From a virus: 64,000 nucleotides of DNA. The translations under genes and the position numbers were made by a program. The stretch is from the IMG/VR virus record IMGVR_UViG_3300042691_047443, positions 1 to 64,000 of that record; one strand, written 5' to 3'. This document shows, in pieces, positions 46,872 through 53,830 of the stretch; the first letter of the stretch is position 1; each line of letters starts with the position of its first letter. Below the pieces are notes generated by a model, which was given only the letters and a program-made list of their open reading frames with translations, was not told the DNA's origin and ran no database searches.

Positions 46872-47842
46872 TCATTCCTCGTGTTTTCGATGTTTTCGAT
46901 GCAATTGAAGGTCATCAAGAATTCCGCCACGTCGAAATCATTGACACCCTCTTTGATCAGGTTCTTGACAAGACCCATCCTATCCGCCCGGGGGACATAT
47001 GTATCAATTAACGAATCTATCTTGGAGGCCTGATGAGGTGACAACATGCCTCCGTCAAGGTGAACAAGTTTCCAGTTTCTCCTTATTTCATCCTTGGATT
47101 CTAGAATCCTCCTGTAGGAAACAGATTCATCTGAGTGTGAACCGCAGTAGTCAAATACATCCTGAAGAAGGATGTCATTCTCAAGGGAAAGAAACGGCAG
47201 AATTTTTGCAACTGTCTTAAACCCCAGTCCTTTGACGCCTGGGATGTTATCAGAGGGATCACCGCACAATGCCTTTGCAAGTGCAAAATTTTTAGGCTGC
47301 ACTCGAAATTCATTTACTACATCCTCTGTGGTAACATACGTCTTTTTGTGAAGATTATAGATCTTCGTTGTGTCGTCTAAAAGTTGATACATGTCCTTGT
47401 CTGATGACACAATTATCTTGAGTCTGTCCTTGAATCTCCTGCGAGAGAGGTATGCGATGACGTCATCGCCTTCGCAATCGGAGACATAAAGTTGACATGC
47501 AGGAACTCCTTTCAACATGCCCAAAAGCGCTATGATTTGGTGTTTTTTGTTTTCGTCTGAGTCGGGAATGTCGTCTTCATAGAAACGATTCAGTTTCTCG
47601 GGCTTTCTATTCATCTTGTATTCTGAATATAGGGCCCTGCGTTTCTGTGAACCCCCACCTTCCCAAGCAACATATATTGCTCGAGGACCTATTTCGTAGA
47701 CAAGTCTGCGAAACGTTTTTAAAAAACCGATGCAACCTCCCATCTGGTAACCGTGAGACGACATCGTCGGATATGCGCTGTACGAACGTACAAAGAGGTT
47801 CATCGCATCTACGATGAGAATCGGTCTTTCGTTGATTGACAT
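46868..47842 (-). CDS. 5'-3' exonuclease (T4 RNase H / FEN family), second copy
   Basis: IVDAMNLF; YKMNR; EGDD; SSDKDMYQL; GDPSDNIPGVKGLGFKT. Confidence 0.92.
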   Translation of the reverse strand: MSINERPILIVDAMNLFVRSYSAYPTMSSHGYQMGGCIGFLKTFRRLVYEIGPRAIYVAWEGGGSQKRRALYSEYKMNRKPEKLNRFYEDDIPDSDENKKHQIIALLGMLKGVPACQLYVSDCEGDDVIAYLSRRRFKDRLKIIVSSDKDMYQLLDDTTKIYNLHKKTYVTTEDVVNEFRVQPKNFALAKALCGDPSDNIPGVKGLGFKTVAKILPFLSLENDILLQDVFDYCGSHSDESVSYRRILESKDEIRRNWKLVHLDGGMLSPHQASKIDSLIDTYVPRADRMGLVKNLIKEGVNDFDVAEFLMTFNCIENIENTRNE

Positions 47843-47849
47843 GTAGCAG

Positions 47850-47879
47850 ACCATAACATAAATGGTCGCTCAAGTACAC
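47850..47879 (-). promoter_or_regulatory. Sigma70-like promoter, leaderless
   Basis: GTGTAC-N18-TATGGT-N7-ATG(47842). Confidence 0.6.
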
Positions 47880-47897
47880 CACGATGCACACGCAGGG

Positions 47898-47931
47898 AAA
47901 AAACAAAACCCACTGTGGTATTCAGTGGGTT
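47898..47931 (-). terminator. Intrinsic terminator
   Basis: AACCCACTG-N7-CAGTGGGTT hairpin followed by a T-run on the minus strand. Confidence 0.7.
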
Positions 47932-47939
47932 GAACATCA

Positions 47940-48278
47940 TTAGGGCCTGTGAACACTCACAGGGTGATGTCTTTCAACGTCGTCGATTTCCTCCCATCGA
48001 CCCTCTTCGTCAAGCCAGTACTCTACATCGACTCCTTCTTTTTGACCAACGATCTGACCGTACACCACGTGATAGGAAAGCTTTGTGTCCACTGCAAGAC
48101 CAGCAGAAGAAAGCAATTTGTGAGGAACCATCCTTGTGGGATCATTGTCGTATGCAACGATTATCTTAAATAATTTCATTCTATCGATTTTTGATTCTCT
48201 TACAGGAGACCCACGCCCTGTCGCCGCCCTGTATTCTTCAATAATGGCCTGTTTTAACTGTGAAAGTGTGATCTTCAT
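47940..48278 (-). CDS. Hypothetical protein (MKITLSQLKQAIIEE motif)
   Basis: ATATGTA 6 nt upstream; flanked by terminators. Confidence 0.7.
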   Translation of the reverse strand: MKITLSQLKQAIIEEYRAATGRGSPVRESKIDRMKLFKIIVAYDNDPTRMVPHKLLSSAGLAVDTKLSYHVVYGQIVGQKEGVDVEYWLDEEGRWEEIDDVERHHPVSVHRP

Positions 48279-48311
48279 ATGCAATACATATACACAAATC
48301 GTGCATTTTTT

Positions 48312-48338
48312 AAAAATTGCCCCTACTGACGGGGCAAT
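48312..48338 (-). terminator. Intrinsic terminator after dut
   Basis: ATTGCCCC-N7-GGGGCAAT then TTTT on the minus strand. Confidence 0.75.
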
Positions 48339-48341
48339 CAG

Positions 48342-48797
48342 TCACTTTCCGGTTGACCCAAATCCGCTAGCGGAACGTTTCGTGTTGGCAAGATCTGCCG
48401 CAGACACCTTGACAAAGATGACGCTGGGAATCTTCGAGAACACAAGCTGTGCCACCCTCATTCCCTTTTCTACGAGAAAATCGTTTTTTCCCATGTTTGC
48501 AAGAATGACCTTCACTTCTCCCCTGTAGTCGCTGTCAATCGTACCGACACCATTTAAAACAAAAATGCCTTCCTTGGCTGCCAGACCAGATCTTGATCTG
48601 ACTTGACATTCATAACCTTTGGGAATTTCCATCGAAAGTCCTGTCGGCACCGGCGCCCAACCTCCCTTTGGGATCCACGTATTTTCAGAGGCAGTGACAT
48701 CGCAGCCCGCGGCACCGTGAGACTGGTAGCTTGGCTGCGTTTCTCCTGCGTACTTGACTGTAATAACGTTATCCTTGTAGTCGTCTACGTCAATCAT
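48342..48797 (-). CDS. dut: Trimeric dUTPase
   Basis: AAGCD; RSRSGLA; GTIDSDYRGE; RVAQLV; R...GFGSTG. Confidence 0.95.
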   Translation of the reverse strand: MIDVDDYKDNVITVKYAGETQPSYQSHGAAGCDVTASENTWIPKGGWAPVPTGLSMEIPKGYECQVRSRSGLAAKEGIFVLNGVGTIDSDYRGEVKVILANMGKNDFLVEKGMRVAQLVFSKIPSVIFVKVSAADLANTKRSASGFGSTGK

Positions 48798-50037
48798 CGG
48801 ATGATTCCTCTTCATGTTCATCAAGTTCTGCTTCGAGTTCAGTGACACTACCTCCGTTGATTGTCAGGGCGCAGTCAACGATCTTGTCGATGAATGGTTT
48901 GTGAGCCGGACTCTTCATCAGTTCTCCAAACTCACTCTTGTAGAATTTCTTCTCCAAAATAACTTCACCAGTTGACGCATCGCTGACAGTGAGATCCTTC
49001 CATGCTCCGGTTCCAGAGATAGATACCTCTACTTCACGAGTGACCTTCTTGTCATCGATCCATGACATGGTTGCCTTGTTCTTATCACACCAAGCTCTAC
49101 ATTCATCAAAGATGTACTCGTATTCCACAATGCCCTTTCCAAAGTGGATGTCAAACTCGCACTTTCGGAATGGTGGGGCGACTTTGTTCTTTTTGAGAGA
49201 AACTGTCGTGTGAATACCTATGATGTTTCCCGCCTTATCCTTGATCGGATTTCCGCTACCGAGACGAATTCTCACGGAAGCGTGAAACGGAAGAGACTTT
49301 CCTCCTGGGCTGACAAGAGGATCGCCGTGCATCACGCCGATCGCTTCACGTAACTGATTGATGCAGATCAACGTTACGTTGTTTTGACCGATTACACCCG
49401 TGATCTTGCGGAATCCCTTACTTAACACTCGAGCCTGTAGGCCGACGGTGTTCTGATCGTAGTCGCCGTCTAGTTCTGCCTTTGGAGACGTGGCTGCCAC
49501 GGAGTCCCATATCACCAGGATAGGAACGTTCTTGTCCACGAGCTGCTTTGCCTTAGTGATGGTGCTTTCAATGATGGAAAACACCTCCTCAGTGCAGTGT
49601 GTATCGCAGTACACAAACCTCTTTGCCACGTCAATTCCCATGTGACGCAGTTTTTCTAGAGGTGTGGCATTTTCGGTATCAACGTAGACGACCAGACCGC
49701 CTTGCGATTGTGTCACAGCTGCTGCATGATACGCAAGGTGCGACTTTCCTGAAGACGGAAGACCTGAAATCTCGATGATTCTGCCTTCGGGATAACCACC
49801 GCCAAGCGCATTTTTGATGGCGTAATTGAGTTGTATCGATCCGGTGTCTATCCATCGCTTGACGATGGTGGGAGCCTCATCTTCACTTAGGTTATAAGCC
49901 ACCCTTTGCCCAAATTCCTTGTTTAACTGCTTGATAAGATCAGCAGTGAGATTGTCCATCTCATCACCGACCTTCTTTCTTGCAGATTTTTCAGGAACAT
50001 CGACAGGAGCAGCAACCTTATTCGTTGCCTTTACCAT
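48790..50037 (-). CDS. recA: RecA/UvsX recombinase
   Basis: GGYPEGRIIEISG..SSGKS; DTEN; WDSVAA; GLQAR; INQLR; PGG..L.FHASVR; KNKVAPPF. Confidence 0.94.
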   Translation of the reverse strand: MVKATNKVAAPVDVPEKSARKKVGDEMDNLTADLIKQLNKEFGQRVAYNLSEDEAPTIVKRWIDTGSIQLNYAIKNALGGGYPEGRIIEISGLPSSGKSHLAYHAAAVTQSQGGLVVYVDTENATPLEKLRHMGIDVAKRFVYCDTHCTEEVFSIIESTITKAKQLVDKNVPILVIWDSVAATSPKAELDGDYDQNTVGLQARVLSKGFRKITGVIGQNNVTLICINQLREAIGVMHGDPLVSPGGKSLPFHASVRIRLGSGNPIKDKAGNIIGIHTTVSLKKNKVAPPFRKCEFDIHFGKGIVEYEYIFDECRAWCDKNKATMSWIDDKKVTREVEVSISGTGAWKDLTVSDASTGEVILEKKFYKSEFGELMKSPAHKPFIDKIVDCALTINGGSVTELEAELDEHEEESSDD

Positions 50038-50053
50038 GTTTTTGTCCTTTGGT

Positions 50054-50896
50054 TCAATCGTCGTTCATCAGGTCTTCAAAGGCCTCGTCGAGTGTCTGCT
50101 TCCTTGACACAGGCGCAGTATCATCAACTGACGGCTTTGGTGGTTTTGCCACCGACTTTACATCATCAATGATGTCATCCAAGGATTCACGGACCTGCGT
50201 ATTACCTCTCGTTGTTCCTTCGTCTGAAACATTGGGAACAACATCACCATTCAACCAGGCATTGAGAATCGTCTCAATCTCCTCTCGAGACTTGAGTCGA
50301 TACATGTCATCAATATTGGGAACAGAGTCCATCCACTTCTTCACCATGGTAGGATCATCGTGGATCTTTGTAGGCCTTCCCTTACAGTCGACGACCGTGT
50401 CCTGAAACTGCTTTCCTGGAGGCTGCGTGATCGTGACCTTCAGATCAAAACCCTCGTTGGGGTCAAGGATGTCGCCGTAATCTTCATCGATAAAAAAGCT
50501 GAGAAGGCGTTGGTAAACGATCTTGCCAAAAGACCAAACCATCGGTCCCTTATCTTCCTGACCACGAACAATGACTGGCGCATATGCGCGCATCTTAGAC
50601 TGAAGCTGCTTTGCAAGCGTACGATCATCTGGCTTGCCCGAACTGTAAAGCTTGCGAATCAGATCATCAATCGGATCTGGCTTACCGAACTGCTTGGGGG
50701 CAAGAATACCTGCGTTATTACCGATGTAATAGAACCATCGCTCAACAAAGGGCTGTCCTTCAACCGAGTTCTTCCAGGGAAGACAACGAATCTTGTATTC
50801 TCCTACCCCCGGCTTCCACAGCTGGACGTTGGAAGTCTTCTTAACACCACTAAGTTCCGCCATGCGGCGACGAATTGCCTCTAGATCAACTGCCAT
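50054..50896 (-). CDS. Single-stranded DNA-binding protein (T4 gp32-like)
   Basis: IRCLP; WSFGK.VY; D..DP.EGFDL; acidic tail LDEAFEDLMNDD; start at ATG 50896. Confidence 0.85.
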   Translation of the reverse strand: MAVDLEAIRRRMAELSGVKKTSNVQLWKPGVGEYKIRCLPWKNSVEGQPFVERWFYYIGNNAGILAPKQFGKPDPIDDLIRKLYSSGKPDDRTLAKQLQSKMRAYAPVIVRGQEDKGPMVWSFGKIVYQRLLSFFIDEDYGDILDPNEGFDLKVTITQPPGKQFQDTVVDCKGRPTKIHDDPTMVKKWMDSVPNIDDMYRLKSREEIETILNAWLNGDVVPNVSDEGTTRGNTQVRESLDDIIDDVKSVAKPPKPSVDDTAPVSRKQTLDEAFEDLMNDD

Positions 50897-50956
50897 ATTG
50901 ATTCCTATTCCTCTTCCTCTTTGAGTTAGGTTTGCCCACACCCTGTGGGTATCCCC

Positions 50957-50986
50957 AACTTAAATTCAATTCCGCTGATAGTTCAA
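50957..50986 (-). promoter_or_regulatory. Sigma70-like promoter
   Basis: TTGAAC-N18-TAAGTT. Confidence 0.55.
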
Positions 50987-50995
50987 GTTTAAAAT

Positions 50996-51286
50996 TTAAT
51001 ACCACTTCTTTTTAGGACCGCGTTTTGATTTTACGCCCATGTCTGAGGCGCCGAGTCCTAAGGGTGCCGTGAAACCCGCTATTGCACCGACACCGGAAAA
51101 TTCAGCAAGCTCTGACTCATCTTGGTGATCAGAGTCATTCTGATTCTTTCGATCTCGTTTATCACCCTTTTTTTCGCCTTGAGGAACCTTAGGCGCGCTC
51201 GGCGGCAGCAATTGATCTGCCGCGGCCGGATTAACGTCTGTCTCAATGATCATCTTAATGAATTGTTCAAGCAAGGCATAGTTCAT
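50996..51286 (-). CDS. Hypothetical protein (LLEQFIKMIIE motif)
   Basis: ATATTTA 4 nt upstream of ATG 51286. Confidence 0.65.
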   Translation of the reverse strand: MNYALLEQFIKMIIETDVNPAAADQLLPPSAPKVPQGEKKGDKRDRKNQNDSDHQDESELAEFSGVGAIAGFTAPLGLGASDMGVKSKRGPKKKWY

Positions 51287-51302
51287 GTGATAAATATAAC
51301 AA

Positions 51303-51560
51303 TCACGCCAAAACGACCTTAGAACGTACAAGGTTTAAGGTCTCTGTGATCTTTCTATTTAACTCTTTCTTGAGGGCTTCAGAGTGTGCCTCAACTTCGG
51401 AGGCCTTCAATTCCTCAAGCAATACCCAGGCTGACTCTGCTTCATCCTTTAAAGCCTTGATTAACTCGATGGCTGCCTGCAAAGCGAAAAACATTTCAGC
51501 AGGTTCTGTCCAAGAACTTACACTTTCAAGCTCTTTAATCTCATTTTCAATGTCTCTCAT
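51303..51560 (-). CDS. Hypothetical helical protein
   Basis: ATGA overlap with the HD gene. Confidence 0.6.
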   Translation of the reverse strand: MRDIENEIKELESVSSWTEPAEMFFALQAAIELIKALKDEAESAWVLLEELKASEVEAHSEALKKELNRKITETLNLVRSKVVLA

Positions 51561-52165
51561 GTGAATTCACCTTTTTCTTGGCGAGTCGATACGTAGTCAG
51601 CCGTCATCACGACGTGAGACAACAAGGGCTCCTTTAGACAATACTGTTTGTTGTCATCCACAACAAATCCATCATTTAACAATATCGCAAGGTACTCATC
51701 TGTCTTTAGGTGAAGACCGTAGTGCTGGCACATGAAGACGCTGCGTTGAGGAGTCTTCATGTGAATGATACCCTTGTTGTGCTTGTACATCTCGCCCAAT
51801 TTTTCCCGGTGCCAATCGGAATCTTGAGGTACGTAATATTCATTAAACGTACCGTCTGGGCGGTGTAGTCCCACCTTGCCAATGTCATGAAACAGACAAC
51901 CTATGATGAGAGAGTCTTTCGGAAGAGACCACCCGAAACACCTTGTGTAGGCAATTGCGTTTTGCAACACACGCAAGGAATGATCAACGAGGCCACCCGG
52001 TTCAGCGAGGTGATAGTCTTTGCGGGCGGATGCCGGGCACAGTGCGAGCTTCTCCCCCAGGTCGTCGACCATGGACAAGGCCGCTGAAGACCTATCGCCC
52101 AATTTTTCGCACAAGGATCGAAACTTCAAGAAATTTTGCTCAATATGTTCTGCTGAAAGTGTCAT
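51557..52165 (-). CDS. HD-domain phosphohydrolase
   Basis: PAS...H...PGGLVDHSL; LFHDIGK; AD. Confidence 0.88.
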   Translation of the reverse strand: MTLSAEHIEQNFLKFRSLCEKLGDRSSAALSMVDDLGEKLALCPASARKDYHLAEPGGLVDHSLRVLQNAIAYTRCFGWSLPKDSLIIGCLFHDIGKVGLHRPDGTFNEYYVPQDSDWHREKLGEMYKHNKGIIHMKTPQRSVFMCQHYGLHLKTDEYLAILLNDGFVVDDNKQYCLKEPLLSHVVMTADYVSTRQEKGEFT

Positions 52166-52245
52166 AAAAAAAATATATCACACTGAAGACCGAGTGTATA
52201 TTTACATGGTCGTTTAGACGTAAATTCAAACAGTGGGGGTAAGTT

Positions 52246-52581
52246 ATGAGATTGACGATTGGACAGCTGAGAAGAATCATCAGGGAAACAGTGGAAGAGG
52301 TGGTCGAAGAGCAGGAGACGGCCGAGCTCGAAGAGCTCGAAGAGGGTGAGCCTAAGTCGTGGTTAGACTTTGCGGGCGGAGGTGGGTTCCTCGGCGGCGG
52401 TGGTGGTAAGTCCTCTAGAGACTCTGATGAAGACTCATATTCTTCAAGAAAAGAGCCTGAAGGCAACCCCTACGGGTACGGCGACTCTCGCGGGGGTGGC
52501 AGCTACTCGACCGACAGCGAAGGAAACTACCACGGTCGCTCAAGCGGCGGCGGCAATCAGCGCGGCGCAGCCTGGGACTGA
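52246..52581 (+). CDS. Gly/Ser-rich small protein (MRLTIGQLRRIIRE motif)
   Basis: Shared N-terminal motif, then repeated LEE and a low-complexity tail. Confidence 0.7.
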   Translation: MRLTIGQLRRIIRETVEEVVEEQETAELEELEEGEPKSWLDFAGGGGFLGGGGGKSSRDSDEDSYSSRKEPEGNPYGYGDSRGGGSYSTDSEGNYHGRSSGGGNQRGAAWD

Positions 52582-52584
52582 TCC

Positions 52585-53793
52585 CTAGATTCTCTCCACT
52601 TTCACTGGGAACCTGTTCGCATAACCTGCGACGTTCACGCTGGAGAGTGAGTGCACTCTATCCAAAGACGAACTTGAAACGTCCAAGATGAGTGCATCGT
52701 GCAAGATGAAAAGGGGCCTGATGCCCGGGTCGCTCGCGAGCAAGTCCACGATGGTGGAAAAACCTAGCAGCGACACGTCGACCCCTGTCGATTGAGCGTA
52801 TGAATTGACGAAGATGTGGTCCAGGGGCTCATCGATCGCGATGCGTCGTCCGTGACGGTTGCGAATGAATCCCGACCTGATGAATTCCTCCTTCACGCGT
52901 TTCTTGAGCTCCGGAGTCTTGAACAGCGACCTGACACCCCTCACGACGGTGTCTAGTTCGACGCCAGATATGCCTAAAGCGATGCCCAGTTTTTCCTTAG
53001 AGGAGCCATACAACTCCGAGATCACCGCTCCCTTTGCGACCTTGCGACTCACCTTTCCACCGAACACATGTGATGATATGTGCTCGTATAGGTCGGCGTC
53101 GGGACAGTCACCACCGGCCTCGTACAACATGATGCGAGCCTCAAGGGCGGAAAAGTCTATCGACACGATGGCACCTCCTGGGTCCGAAGGCACGATCACG
53201 TTCCTGTATTCCTTTTTTAGGGTCAGGATGTCAGGACCTGACTTCACTGTCAGCCTGCCTGTCCGCGTTCCGAACCTATTGTAGGTCACCGGAGGTGCGT
53301 GACCGTCGGGACCCGGTCTAAAGCTGTCAACCACACGGTGGTTGATGCCGCTCTCCTCTCGGATCTGCGAGAAACGAACAGGATCAATCTTGGCGGGTAA
53401 CAGTGACCGCAGCAACCGCGTCTGAGGCGCCCACGTCTCCTCGAAGTAAGACCTATTTATTCGACCGAATGTTTCAACCACGTCATTTGTGAGCCTCTTC
53501 ACGAAGTCACGGTGTGCACACATGGGCATAACGTACTCCCAAGGCACTTGTCCCAGGGATCCCGTGACAAGAGACGACATCGACGTGACGAATCTCTCGG
53601 GAGGGTTTACGTCGATCGAGATACCTTCGGACGCAAAAAGGGAATCTAGGCAACGTTCCCTACGTGAATCAGGTCGACCCGAAAGACACCACGAATCTTC
53701 GGGAATTTCACCGAGCCACAAATACCCAGAATCAATCACCAAATGCCGTCTTGTGCCAAGAACATTTTTATCTATGCAGACCTTGTATGTCAC
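52585..53793 (-). CDS. Family A DNA polymerase, polymerase domain only
   Basis: TRTGRL; motif A DFSALEAR; motif B R..AK......LYG; NSYAQS; motif C LHDAL. Confidence 0.85.
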   Translation of the reverse strand: MTYKVCIDKNVLGTRRHLVIDSGYLWLGEIPEDSWCLSGRPDSRRERCLDSLFASEGISIDVNPPERFVTSMSSLVTGSLGQVPWEYVMPMCAHRDFVKRLTNDVVETFGRINRSYFEETWAPQTRLLRSLLPAKIDPVRFSQIREESGINHRVVDSFRPGPDGHAPPVTYNRFGTRTGRLTVKSGPDILTLKKEYRNVIVPSDPGGAIVSIDFSALEARIMLYEAGGDCPDADLYEHISSHVFGGKVSRKVAKGAVISELYGSSKEKLGIALGISGVELDTVVRGVRSLFKTPELKKRVKEEFIRSGFIRNRHGRRIAIDEPLDHIFVNSYAQSTGVDVSLLGFSTIVDLLASDPGIRPLFILHDALILDVSSSSLDRVHSLSSVNVAGYANRFPVKVERI

Positions 53794-53799
53794 GATACC

Positions 53800-53828
53800 A
53801 AGGTAAACAATTGCTTCGTGATTTACAC
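53800..53828 (-). promoter_or_regulatory. Sigma70-like promoter, leaderless
   Basis: GTGTAA-N17-TACCTT-N6-GTG(53793). Confidence 0.55.
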
Positions 53829-53830
53829 AA

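Noticed and set aside
30806-50037. Inteins or introns in dnaE, nrdA, helicase or recA
   Set aside because: Lengths are near normal, and I saw no C...HN splice junctions or LAGLIDADG motifs
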